Made by a program: the position numbers and the translations under genes. A DNA stretch of 64,000 nt from an uncultured delta proteobacterium (GTDB lineage: Bacteria; Bdellovibrionota; FAC87; UBA2466): contig CAVZSV010000004.1 in NCBI GenBank assembly GCA_963778115.1, positions 512,001 to 576,000 on the forward strand, given 5' to 3'. Below the pieces are notes generated by a model. It worked only from the letters and a program-made list of their open reading frames with translations. It was not told where the DNA came from and searched no databases. Shown piece by piece: positions 1 through 10,080 of the stretch. Every line of letters starts with the position of its first letter. The stretch's first letter is position 1.

Positions 1-20
1 AGGATTAAGCAAATGCTACG

Positions 21-875
21 TTAAGTAGTAGCAACTAATAACTCCTCCGAGCCCGGGCGAAGACCATCTGTCCGTCCGGCGAAATAGCGCTGGGTAAGAT
101 GCGCTCCAGAAACGTGCTGAACTTTATTAAAGCCGGAGCTTTTGGCCAGCGCCAACATTTCATCAGGGGCGATGAGACTTAGAAAAGGAGTTCCGCTAGC
201 CCGAGCGCCCTTTTCAGCCGCTTCAAAACCCGGGCGTTCCTCGGGCTCCATGAGCGCTATCGGTGGTATGAAGGTCATGACGAATGTCGAGCCAGGTGCA
301 AAGGTTGATACCTCCCTTAACGTAGACGCGATGGCCTGCCTCGTGAGGTACATGCTGACACCCGTCGAGACGACGACGGCAGGTCTTGCGACCTTCAAAC
401 CACAATCCACCAAACGCTTCCTCCACGATCCTCTTTCTTCGAAGTCGACCGGAACAAAACATAACCATTCAGCAATTCCTAAACCTAATTCGATAAGACG
501 CTGTTGTTTCCAGGCCTGAGCCTCGGGTTTATCGACTTCAAAAACCTTCAACCGAGAAGCCAGTTCCTTTCGGCGCTGGGCAAAGGTATCTAGCCCGGCC
601 CCCAGAATGACATACTGATCCACACCGTGAGCAGCCTGTGCTTCGACGAGGTCTTCGATAAAACGGGCGCGCGCCACAACGGAAGCCCGAAAGCGTTTGG
701 TAAATTGGGGGTTCATATCGGGCCGCAAACGCCATCCCTGTTCAGGTGCTACCAGCTTAAGACCAATCTCGTCTTCAAGCACATGAGGGGGCGGATTTGC
801 CTCAATGTGGATAGCTCTCCACAGAGCAACCCGTACCGCCGTGGTATCAGCCCGAGCATTTTTTTTATCAGCCAT
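21..875 (-). CDS. Class I SAM-dependent methyltransferase (LCM/TcmP-like family)
   Basis: 284 aa; TAVRVALWRA N-terminus, RARFIED, QYVILGAGLDT SAM motif, FEVD, VPVDF, GVSMYL. Confidence 0.9.
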   Translation of the reverse strand: MADKKNARADTTAVRVALWRAIHIEANPPPHVLEDEIGLKLVAPEQGWRLRPDMNPQFTKRFRASVVARARFIEDLVEAQAAHGVDQYVILGAGLDTFAQRRKELASRLKVFEVDKPEAQAWKQQRLIELGLGIAEWLCFVPVDFEERGSWRKRLVDCGLKVARPAVVVSTGVSMYLTRQAIASTLREVSTFAPGSTFVMTFIPPIALMEPEERPGFEAAEKGARASGTPFLSLIAPDEMLALAKSSGFNKVQHVSGAHLTQRYFAGRTDGLRPGSEELLVATT

Positions 876-933
876 GAGGTTCTCCCTAAGAATTATCCTT
901 CGAACGCCATGATATTCCTAGCTAATCATAACC

Positions 934-961
934 TAAAGTTGGCTTAACGCCCCGCCGATAA
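934..961 (+). promoter_or_regulatory. sigma28/FliA-like promoter
   Basis: TAAAG-N15-GCCGATAA, with a perfect FliA -10 box. Confidence 0.6.
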
Positions 962-1166
962 GAACGAATGAAAAAGATAGCGCATAAAAGTCATCCTCTA
1001 ACCCTACTTACCGGACTCGTGCTGGTGCCCAAACCGAGTGCTCCAATATTAGCGGCGGAGTTTTCACTCCCAATTAGCAATTCATCTGGTCTGTTGTTGT
1101 TAGCAGACGTTACTGCCTTTTCGGCAGCAAGCGCACTAATCGCTGTCCCACGGATAGATTTAAGTA

Positions 1167-2348
1167 ATGAGAAAACTATTAGCTGCGATCGCATTTTTGC
1201 TTTCGACCTCGGGTTGGGCAAGCGCCATCCAGTCGCTCATTCCGGCTGACAAATTAGCTCAAATTAAAGCGGCCCTTCCGCAAGTGAGCTATCAAGCCCT
1301 TAACGCTACGTTCCTGAGTCCCGATACCCTTTGGTATGACACGAGTGTCATGGCGCCGTCTTATCAAGAGACGGGGCATCCGGGAGGCGGAGCTCAAGAC
1401 AATGCTCATTGGTTGCGTCTGATTGCACCCTCTCTTTTGGATACCGCAAATAAAATTTATGACGGGACTCAACTGCGCTGGCGGTTCCCCTTCGCAACCA
1501 CAGCTGGCATGGATGACTCCACCAATACCTATGTCGCCAATTTCCTAGCCCTTCCTTCTCAGAATGGACAGATTCAGCCACTTCCTGTCTCTTCCACTTC
1601 AGACGATGAATTTACCTCCTGGGTGTGGACCTACCCTAACGGGACCATCGTCGGCGAAGTCATTTTCATCAAGGATGGAGCGGACGGATTACTTCCGTGC
1701 GAAGTTCGCACACGCACTCGAAGTGCCAATGGTTGGGCAGCCGATGTCTTCCGCCCTTTTCCCCAAGCTTCTCTTCTCGATACGGCCATCAAAGCCAACA
1801 GACCCCAATGGCAAAACACTCCGCAACTGGTTTCCGTTATTGAATTTCTGGAAAACAACGCGACGTTGACACCACTTACGTTAACGGCGACAGGGCTTCC
1901 CGGAACTTTCGATCAGGCGGGATACTTGGACACGCTCCCAGATTTTGGAGATCCTGATTTAGTCCGCGAACTTTTGCAAACGACGAGATTTATTTCGGCC
2001 TACGGAGCGGTTTGGAAACAAAATGGGAGTCAGCAAACTTATGCCGCTTCCACCCAATCCACTTTCTCCATCGTCCCGGAAAATTATACCGCTGGTATCA
2101 TCGAGGTAAGCGATACCTCCTGCATGCGTTGCCATCAAAGTGCCGCCGAGAAGCTTGAGGATTTCTACGATGACATTCAACTCTATGGAGAGATTTGGGG
2201 GAAAGACGGTATTTTTACTTTCCATCCCTTTGATGAAAGCTATTATCCCGAGCTGGATTTAAATGAACAAGACAACCGCCATATGAACCAAAACCTAGTC
2301 AATATGGGCGTTACCGTTTGGGTAGGAGATAACCTAGTTAAACGGTAA
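1167..2348 (+). CDS. Secreted protein with a single c-type heme motif
   Basis: Signal peptide MRKLLAAIAFLLSTSGWASA; CMRCH (CxxCH) near the C-terminus. Confidence 0.7.
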   Translation: MRKLLAAIAFLLSTSGWASAIQSLIPADKLAQIKAALPQVSYQALNATFLSPDTLWYDTSVMAPSYQETGHPGGGAQDNAHWLRLIAPSLLDTANKIYDGTQLRWRFPFATTAGMDDSTNTYVANFLALPSQNGQIQPLPVSSTSDDEFTSWVWTYPNGTIVGEVIFIKDGADGLLPCEVRTRTRSANGWAADVFRPFPQASLLDTAIKANRPQWQNTPQLVSVIEFLENNATLTPLTLTATGLPGTFDQAGYLDTLPDFGDPDLVRELLQTTRFISAYGAVWKQNGSQQTYAASTQSTFSIVPENYTAGIIEVSDTSCMRCHQSAAEKLEDFYDDIQLYGEIWGKDGIFTFHPFDESYYPELDLNEQDNRHMNQNLVNMGVTVWVGDNLVKR

Positions 2349-2360
2349 CGCTACGATCGC

Positions 2361-5300
2361 TTACTCAAGAAGGGTGATCGACATCTCCGCGGCTTGTTGA
2401 ATTATGGCTCTGGGATCTTGCTCTCTAATTCGACGAAGTTGGGGAAGCGCGACCTTTGCTCCTTGTCCCCAATCGGGAAGTTCTTCAATGGCCTCTCTCT
2501 TTTTGTAGGCGATAGGTGAATCTAGCAACGGCAACAGTTTATCAACGGGCATTGCCGTATGACGTACCAGATAGTGATGGGCAAGTTCACGAATCTGTTG
2601 GTCAGGATCAGAGGTGAGTCGTTGCATGGTAGGCGCTATGTTTGGATTTAATACCAGTTTTTCGACAAGCTCTGAACGAATAGAGGGCTCGGTTTCTCTT
2701 TGGAGCAGTTCCGAAAGAATTGAAGGGTCGGAAATCCTATCGATAAGCTCGTGGCGTATGGCAGCGGTGGGCTCACGCCGTAGCCAATCGCCAAAGGCAG
2801 TTTGGTCCTCAACTTCGTCGTGTCCATAGGTAGCGGCACTTGTGAAAATGATGGCTCCGTAATGCCGTTTGCGCTCACTCTCGAAACGACTAAACTGGTA
2901 GACACTTTCCGAACCCCTTTTTGCTAGTGCCGACAAGGCCGTTGAACCAGTTTCAGGATCGTCACTTGCCTTATTTAGACAATCCACCACATCAGGATCC
3001 CAAATGTCTTTATCTCCCAAGGCGTAGAGTGCCGCGATTCTCACCTCCTTATTCCCGGTCTTCGCAAGTGCAATCAGAGTCGAAGTAATAGAAGGCAAGT
3101 CCGATTTGGCCCATCCCAGATAGAAAATGGCATTCGTCTGCTCCTCACCGGTGGCACTTTGCGAAAGTTCGAGCAATTTAGCAATGCCCAAATCTCCAAA
3201 ACCGCTCAAGGCTTCTACCGCTTTGGCTCTCTGTGCCGGATGCCCCAGGGCTTCGATTGCTATAGCCAATCCCTCAGGGCCAGAGTTTCCCAAATTCGCT
3301 AAGAGCAAATCTTTAAGGTTATCGTCTCCCCGAGCGTAAAGCGCTTTATAGGCCGCAATAGTTTTTGAATCGGGGCCGAAGGCTCCGAGTCCGCGGATGG
3401 CGGAATTGCGTATCGCAGTATCTTTGTCATAAAGCGCCTTTAATAAGATGTCCCCAGAGTTAGGATCCAATTTTCCAAGAGCGGGCAGTGCGACCTCTCG
3501 CAAAAACGTATCGCCCGTCGCATCGACAATGCGCAAAGCTTTTGCGAGTTCCGGAGTTGATTTGCCTATCTGATTTAAGAGCATCGTTGCTTGGCGCTTA
3601 TCATTGATATCACCACTTTTTAATTCTTCGATGAGCTTTGGAACCGCGGCGTCGAGTCTCACATGGGTCCCGAGCATGACTTGAAAAGCCGTCCACTTAT
3701 AGGGCTTGTTGCCTTCAACATCGGTCGTATCCAGCATTCCCAAGATCGCTTCTAACTTCTCAGGCGTCCATTCTCCGATATAGGGCTCATAGCCCAACCT
3801 AAACACATCTTCATGCGTGTTCATAAAACCGCCCGAGTGGTGTTCCCCGTGCACAAGAATTTTTGGCAGCATCTTGGGGCCAAAACCCTGCAAAATGGAA
3901 AGCATACGGTTTCGATATTCCGTGGGCCTTTCCCGAGAGTGTTTCATCAAATAATTGAGTCCCAAATCCCCGTCCCCTTTAGCCTGGACGAAAGCATTGA
4001 GAGCTGCCTCGCGCGTTAGCGGACCAGGATGTTCAATACTTTCCTCAATCGCCTCTTTGATCGACTTGCGCATTCCCTCCGACATTGTCTTATCATCGGC
4101 GAAGTACCTTCCCAGTTTGGCAATGAGCATGGATCTGCCGCTGTCTCGAAGTCCTGGCTTTTGAAGGGACGTAAGTATCATTGCGACATCGCCGTCGAGG
4201 TCTTCACGCAAAAAACGTCTAAGCTCGTCGCGATCGGGACGTTCGGATAGCCCCCCGAGCAGACGATGGCCAAGTTCTTTTGCCGTTTTTGCAAGAGGTC
4301 CGTTCTTGATTCCTTTTAAGTCTTCGTAAATTTGATGGTACCTTGCCCCGGGCAAGACGGTTACGGGAACGGATTCCAACGCATTTAATGCGGTTTTTTG
4401 CCGCTGCGGGTCCTTCAACGCATCTAACACCTCCCAATGATCTCTTAGAGAGTCCCACTGTTTTAGCTTCGCCAGCGAAGAAAAAGAGAGAAGGCGCAAG
4501 ACCTCGTTCGTCGACGAAAGATTCCTGTTCAATGCGGCGACTACATTAGAAAGTTCGTCGTCTTCTAATTTTGCCTTTCCCAAAGCCGTTATCGCTCGAG
4601 CCTGCAATAGGGGGTCCGAATTCCCTGCCATATCGACAAGGGTAGGTATCACTTTTGAGCGGACTCCGAACGGGGCCGATGCAAGTCTGCCCAGCTCCGT
4701 CAGCGCGCGAACGCGGTACTGGGGATCTAGCGTTGAATCGTTTGCGATCTGCATTAGTACGCGAGCAATTTCATCACCATGAGCCTCAGTTCCCATCGCG
4801 GATAATAGCGTTATCGCCTCTGCGGAAACGTCAGGATGTGTCGCAAGTTGGGAAAGCGTCCTTAAAACCGATTCGAAGTGATCGCCCAATAATCCATCTC
4901 GATGCATTTGGCTTAGCGCGGGAGCGAGATCACTTAGCAGCTTTGCCGAGGTTGTCCCGGACAATAGCCCCACAATGGTATCTTGTGTTTTTTTGTCCTG
5001 TTGTCCGATTTGGGAAAGCGCGTGTAATGTTTTCCCCTGAAGTTCGGAATCCGAACTGGAATGTTTTGGGAGAAAATTGAGCAAAGCATCAGTAGTCGAA
5101 TGAGCGGCGCGCCCCATGTTTCCTAACGCGACAATGGCATTCGGCTGTGTTTGCGGACTCGATAAAGCGGTTTTGACTTCGGGAAGAAAGTTTTCACCGC
5201 CAGTCCCTAAGGCCGAGATAGTACGCAGAGCCGCGTTCTGAGGGGTAGAATCGTTATGAGAGAGCATTTCTTTGAGTTGCACGTTGAGATCCCCGCGCGG

Positions 5301-5779
5301 GGTGTGCGCAATCAGAAGTGACCTCAAAGCCTCTTCCAGTCGGCCTGAAGTTTCTAGCGCGCCCAAAATCGGAAATAGAGGTGTACTTTGTTCTTGAGTG
5401 AGGCTGTCTCCTTCGAGTAGCAGCGAAAGTGCAACAGCGGCTTGTGTGCGAGCGGCCTCTAAAGACTGGTCTTTGAGACCGATAATGCGAAGCATGTCCT
5501 TTTCCGCTCGCTGCCTCTCTTCTTCCCGCTTCCTTAGATCCTGGGCGTGAGCGCGAAATGTTCTACCGTTAGTCGAATCGCTCGGGTCATACCAGCCGGC
5601 TCATTAGAAGTTTCTAACTGCCTTAGAAAATTAAGTTCCTCTTCATCTTCAGGCTCTTTAGCATCGGGATCTTGTTGCTGGGTTAACGAATTTATTACCT
5701 TTGTCGCCTCGTGAGCCAGAGGGTTGGCGAAACAGGGGACTAAAGACCAAGCCAGAAAAAGCGGCAAAAGAACCTGCAT
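2361..5779 (-). CDS. Secreted HEAT/PBS-lyase repeat protein, split by one frameshift near 5557 (ORFs 5534..5779 and 2361..5495)
   Basis: Repeated 'R..A..ALG.L' helical units. The upstream ORF carries a signal peptide; adding one base to the A-run at 5556-5558 fuses the two ORFs (..VEHFRAHAQDLRKREEERQRAEKDMLRII). Confidence 0.75.
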
Positions 5780-5840
5780 AGTGCGTGGGGTATACCACCA
5801 AAGTTGCTTTCAAAGCTACTTGGCAAAAAAAACTGCCCAG

Positions 5841-5905
5841 AAGGTGCCCGTCGACTTTCAGGACCGTATGCGAAAGTCAGGGTCCTGAAAGTCGACGGGC
5901 ACCTT
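5841..5905. repeat. Perfect 25-bp inverted repeat (REP-like doublet) with a 15-nt spacer
   Basis: AAGGTGCCCGTCGACTTTCAGGACC (5841-5865) and its reverse complement (5881-5905). Confidence 0.95.
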
Positions 5906-5951
5906 TTCTGTTTCTGGCACCTTTTCTCTTTCTGGCACCTTTTCTTTCTTT
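5898..5951. repeat. 18-bp tandem repeat, 3 copies
   Basis: GGCACCTTTTCT core at 5898, 5916 and 5934, derived from the end of the inverted repeat. Confidence 0.9.
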
Positions 5952-5954
5952 TCT

Positions 5955-8258
5955 CTATTGCTGTACGCAGTAGAGAGAATACGTATACCCAGCACATCTA
6001 ATGAAACCAATGGGGATCTGATCACCGGGCGCTGCGGAGTTAATAACATTGGCGTCGGTATAAGTGCTAAGACCGACAGTCATCCACACGTTGCTTGTCG
6101 CCCCGCTTGTCCATTTCGCACAGTTGTAAGTGGGGGAAGATGTCCAATCATACTGCAGACCAGTCGCTACCCAGTTAGGATTAGATGCGTTGAAGATTAG
6201 GGGATTAATTAGAGGAAAATTAAATATTCCAGCGGCATTCGTGACACCGATTTCAAGTCCTCCGGGAGTCGTGTAAACCGTGTAAGGGGACATCACCCAC
6301 CCTGTATTTTCTGATGCCCCCCCAGAGCAATTTGAGGTTGTGCAGGCGATGCGTGAACTGCCATCCGAGAGAAGTGCTTTATATGTGGCACTGCCTGAAG
6401 GCTTATTAGGATCGCTAGCACATAATGCGTCTGCGCCGCTTATGCCCCCGAAGTTTCCACTAGTGATTGTGGTTGAGGTTGTAACAAAGATCTTCTTTTG
6501 CTGCGTCACTGCCACGGTCACCGCAATGGTTTGGCTCCCGCTCCCCTGGTTTCCGGCTAAATCTTCAATGGATGACATCGCAATGGTAAGAGTCATGGAT
6601 TGTCCCGCCGCACAAACTGCGGTGGAGAAAGACACGGTTATCGATGCAGTTCCGCTACCGGTGACCGAGGAGACCGTCGGGGGAGTGCTGCAGGTGCTAG
6701 CCGTAACATTAAAGTCCGAAGCGACAACATGGACCGCCTCGGAAAAGGTCAGAGCGATACTGCCAGGCATAGCGAGGACTCCAGACCCGTTCGATGTACT
6801 GGAGCTGGATAGCGTTGGTGGCGTGTTATCGACGGTAATGACCAAACTCTCCGGAGAAACGGTCGAAGGATTTCCTAGGCTATCGTGCACGGTTCCCGCA
6901 TTCACATGAACGGTAAGAGTGCCATTGCCGCTGCAGCTACTGAGCGTGATGGTGGCTCCAGCGGTCGAGATGGAACTGACCGCAACGGTGCATGACGGGT
7001 TGCCCGTCACCGGGGTAACGGTAACTCCGCCTCCCGCGGCCGTAAGGGTTCCCGTAAGCACTGTGCCACCGGAGACTGAAGCGACGTAGGTTAAGGCTAT
7101 AGTCGATGTTGCTGCAGAATTGATGTCCGTACTACTGGGGTTCGCCAGATTGGCGGATGGACCACTGGTGTCAACCGAGTAGGTGTTAGTTACCGAAGAT
7201 CCCGTCCCGCTATTTCCGACCAAGTCCGTAATGGAAGCCGGGTTTACCGTAACGGTTAAGTGTTGCCCATTGGCGCACGTCCCCCCGCTGAGAGCTGCGG
7301 TGGCAACCATACTGCTACTCATGGCAACTGAAGAAACGGTCGGTGCGGTAGTGCAACTCCCCCCTAAAACAAATTTCGAGGTGCTAACCGTAGTCACGGC
7401 CTTACTAAATGTGGCAACTAGGGTAGTGGGAACTGGATTCACCGTTCCCGTCGCCGGGGCAAGTGTTACTAGTGTGGGACCCGTGTTATCGACGGTAATA
7501 ATCGAACTCTCCGGGGAAACGGTCGATGGATTCCCCTCGCTGTCTTGAACGGTCCCCGCATTTACGTGAACGGTAAGGGTGCCATTACCGCTGCAGTTAC
7601 TCAGCGTAATGGTAGCTCCCTCAGTGGAGAGGGAACTGACCGCGACGGTGCTGCACAACGGGTTCCCAGTCACCGTCGTCAGGCTAACTCCGCCCCCCGT
7701 GGCAGTAAGGGTCCCCGTTAGCGTTGTGCCTCCGGAAACTGAAGCCGTGAAGGCCACGGGAATGGTTGAGGAACCCGAGGAATTTAAGGTCGTATTACTG
7801 GGCAACCCCAAACTGGCGGACGGCCCCCCCGTATTTACGGTAAATGTTTTGGCAACCGCAGACCCGGTGCCAGCAATTCCAAGTGCATTCGTAACTTTGG
7901 TGGGGTCGAGAGTTACACCAAGACTTTGGCCGTTCGTGCAACTTCCTCCGGTTAAAGTAGCCGTCGCCACGGTGTTACCACTGCTCATAGCGACGGAGGA
8001 AACCGTCGGCGCCGTCGAACAGGTGCCTCCAATCGTAAATGCCGATGTCGAAATCGTGCTCATGACCTGACTAAAAGTTGCAATAACTGAAGTGGGAGTC
8101 GGATTTACATATCCGCCCGCGGGCAGCAAAGTAATAAGCGTTGGAGCTGTTTGATTGACAAGCAACGGAGTAGTGGAACGCGTGCAACCGAACAAAAATA
8201 AAGTTGAAGTCCCAAGCAATAATAGGAATACCTGATACGGGGCCCGGAGAATACGCAT
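5955..8258 (-). CDS. Lipoprotein with tandem Ig-like (Big/SbsA-like) repeats and a C-terminal DUF1554 (Leptospira Len/endostatin-like) domain
   Basis: Lipobox LFLFGC; ~220-aa (660 bp) internal duplication of Thr/Ser-rich beta repeats; C-terminal KKIFVT..GNFGGISGADALCASD..YKALLSDG..ENTGWVM..NCAKWTS..LYCVQQ. Confidence 0.85.
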   Translation of the reverse strand: MRILRAPYQVFLLLLGTSTLFLFGCTRSTTPLLVNQTAPTLITLLPAGGYVNPTPTSVIATFSQVMSTISTSAFTIGGTCSTAPTVSSVAMSSGNTVATATLTGGSCTNGQSLGVTLDPTKVTNALGIAGTGSAVAKTFTVNTGGPSASLGLPSNTTLNSSGSSTIPVAFTASVSGGTTLTGTLTATGGGVSLTTVTGNPLCSTVAVSSLSTEGATITLSNCSGNGTLTVHVNAGTVQDSEGNPSTVSPESSIITVDNTGPTLVTLAPATGTVNPVPTTLVATFSKAVTTVSTSKFVLGGSCTTAPTVSSVAMSSSMVATAALSGGTCANGQHLTVTVNPASITDLVGNSGTGSSVTNTYSVDTSGPSANLANPSSTDINSAATSTIALTYVASVSGGTVLTGTLTAAGGGVTVTPVTGNPSCTVAVSSISTAGATITLSSCSGNGTLTVHVNAGTVHDSLGNPSTVSPESLVITVDNTPPTLSSSSTSNGSGVLAMPGSIALTFSEAVHVVASDFNVTASTCSTPPTVSSVTGSGTASITVSFSTAVCAAGQSMTLTIAMSSIEDLAGNQGSGSQTIAVTVAVTQQKKIFVTTSTTITSGNFGGISGADALCASDPNKPSGSATYKALLSDGSSRIACTTSNCSGGASENTGWVMSPYTVYTTPGGLEIGVTNAAGIFNFPLINPLIFNASNPNWVATGLQYDWTSSPTYNCAKWTSGATSNVWMTVGLSTYTDANVINSAAPGDQIPIGFIRCAGYTYSLYCVQQ

Positions 8259-8301
8259 AAAAAATCCTCACTACACTGACAACATTGCGCTCTGTTTCTA
8301 G

Positions 8302-8329
8302 TTATCGACATGTCAGGAAAATTACTTGC
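8302..8329 (-). promoter_or_regulatory. sigma28/FliA-like promoter of the DUF1554 lipoprotein gene
   Basis: Minus strand GCAAG-N15-GTCGATAA, ~45 bp upstream of the ATG at 8258. Confidence 0.5.
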
Positions 8330-8397
8330 AGAGCTCGAGGCATCACTGAGAATATGAGAAAAATTCCACAATTATTACTGAGGAAAATGGCCCAAGT

Positions 8398-8470
8398 GGT
8401 GCCCGTCGACTTTCAGGACTCTCGCAGTGGGGCAAACCAAGGTCCCGAAATTCTCCAGGAGAGTGACACC
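8398..8470. repeat. Third copy of the REP-like unit with a degenerate inverted partner
   Basis: GGTGCCCGTCGACTTTCAGGAC (8398-8419) is identical to 5843-5864; it is followed by GGTCCCGAAA...GACACC (8441-8470). Confidence 0.85.
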
Positions 8471-8601
8471 TTGTCGGAGTTCTCCGCTTCAAATTATCGG
8501 AGAGATACCAAAGCGGATATGCCGGTTGAGATTAATAGTAATTTTAAGATTAATCGTTAATCATTTTCCGTGAGGCTTGTAGGTATCCGAAATCTCAAAT
8601 A

Positions 8602-8643
8602 TCGGGGTGGCCGGATTTGAACCGGCGACCTCTTCGTCCCGAA
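8602..8643 (-). repeat. att site: displaced 3' half of tRNA-Pro
   Basis: TCGGGGTGGCCGGATTTGAACCGGCGACCTCTTCGTCCCGAA identical to 23119-23160. Confidence 0.97.
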
Positions 8644-8772
8644 AGGTATTTGGCCCAAAACCTCAATAATCCCCAATAAACTTCGGCGAACAATAAAGCA
8701 CAAGATATTAAAAGCTTATAGGCAGTTCCAAAGTTCTGTGTTAGTCACCATAAGATACTGAAGTACACCGAT

Positions 8773-8795
8773 TTTGGACTTAAGGTGGACTTACG
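8773..8795 (+). promoter_or_regulatory. Putative integrase arm-type site (left)
   Basis: TTTGGACTTAAGGTGGACTTACG, identical to 23048-23070; tandem TGGACTTA with 11-bp period. Confidence 0.75.
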
Positions 8796-8808
8796 GAGTG
8801 GGGACACC

Positions 8809-10080
8809 ATGAAAGCAAAGATTGGGAACCGCCTTTTAGACTCCCTGAAAACCGAAGCGAAGGCGTACGAAGTGTGTGATACCGAACTTGCGGGCTTCAT
8901 GGTCCGCGTCCAACCCTCCGGTGCAATGACATATATATGCAGCTACCGGCTTAAGGACGGACGCCGCCAGAGGATGACGCTCGGGAGAACATCGCTCTTC
9001 ACTCCTACCCAAGCACGTGACTGGGCCTTCTCTATTATGGCCGACGTGAGAAAAGGATTGGATCCGGCGTCCTCCAGAAAAACTGCGAAGGCAGAATCGC
9101 TCCTAATTTTCCTGGACGAGATATACGGACCGTGGGTATCGGCCCATCGAAAAAGAGGCAAGGAAACGCTTAAGCGCCTTAAATCCTATTTTTCAGATTT
9201 TCTGCGAAAGCCCATATGTGAGATCACGCCGTGGGCAATTGAAAAGTGGCGCACCCAAAAACGAAAAGACGGATTGAAGCCGATCAGCGTAAACCGCGAG
9301 TTGTCCGCTCTGAGATCCGCTCTGTCTAAGGCTGTAGAGTGGGGGCTGATCGAGACCCATCCTTTGGCGAAGGTAAAACCCTTCAAAACGGACAAGAAAG
9401 GAATCGTCCGCTACCTAAGTGAAGAGGAAGAGGGCCGTCTGCGCATTGCACTGGATGATCGTGAAGAGAAGCTGCGCGTTGCTAGAGATAGTGCGAATGA
9501 ATGGAGGAGGATCCGCGACTATCCTGAATATCCGAACTTACGCAGCCAATACTTTGCTGATTATCTGAAACCACTGGTCATCCTATCAATTAACACCGGA
9601 CTGAGACGAGGCGAGCTTCTCAGTTTGTCGTGGCGGAACGTCGACTTTACCCGATCCGTACTAACGGTAGCTGGGACCGCAGCTAAGAGCGGAAGTACAC
9701 GCCACATTCCTCTGAATAAAGAGGCTCGACTTCTTCTCGGAGAATGGAAACATCAGCACCCCACCTTGCCCGACGCGTTTCTATTCACGAACGGAAGCGG
9801 CGAGCGGCTTGGTGAACTAAGGAAATCATGGCATAGCCTTCTGGCGCGCGCAAAGATCGAGAATTTTCGATGGCACGACTTGAGACACCACTTCGCAAGC
9901 AAGCTCGTCATGGCAGGGGTTGATCTAAATACCGTAAGAGAGCTTCTTGGGCACGCCGATATTACGATGACCCTGCGCTACGCCCACTTAGCCCCCCACA
10001 TTACAGCAGCAGCCGTAGAAAAAATTCAGTGGCAGCCGAAACCCCTTCAAGCTTTGGAACCCACTTGTGCCGAAGCCTAA
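8809..10080 (+). CDS. int: Tyrosine recombinase/integrase with N-terminal arm-binding (DUF4102-like) domain
   Basis: YEVCDTELAGFMVRV..G N-domain; catalytic TGLRRGEL, HDLRH, LGH and RYAH; adjacent to att. ATG at 8809 preferred over the GTG at 8785. Confidence 0.96.
   Translation: MKAKIGNRLLDSLKTEAKAYEVCDTELAGFMVRVQPSGAMTYICSYRLKDGRRQRMTLGRTSLFTPTQARDWAFSIMADVRKGLDPASSRKTAKAESLLIFLDEIYGPWVSAHRKRGKETLKRLKSYFSDFLRKPICEITPWAIEKWRTQKRKDGLKPISVNRELSALRSALSKAVEWGLIETHPLAKVKPFKTDKKGIVRYLSEEEEGRLRIALDDREEKLRVARDSANEWRRIRDYPEYPNLRSQYFADYLKPLVILSINTGLRRGELLSLSWRNVDFTRSVLTVAGTAAKSGSTRHIPLNKEARLLLGEWKHQHPTLPDAFLFTNGSGERLGELRKSWHSLLARAKIENFRWHDLRHHFASKLVMAGVDLNTVRELLGHADITMTLRYAHLAPHITAAAVEKIQWQPKPLQALEPTCAEA

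Noticed and set aside
5841..5951. Possible mini-CRISPR array
   Set aside because: Units are an inverted pair plus an 18-bp tandem with no unique spacers; no cas genes in the window
5740..6049. Short ORFs over the repeat region (5740..5997, 5785..5973, 5804..6001, 5858..6049)
   Set aside because: They are translations of the palindromic and tandem repeats in several frames; no independent coding evidence
6340..8070. Plus-strand ORFs 6340..6909, 7183..7548 and 7579..8070
   Set aside because: Antisense shadows of the Thr/Ser-rich lipoprotein gene
5955..8258. Diversity-generating retroelement target (lectin-like C-terminus plus internal repeat)
   Set aside because: No reverse transcriptase and no template repeat of the 3' end in the window; the 660-bp duplication is an in-frame domain repeat with differences not restricted to adenines
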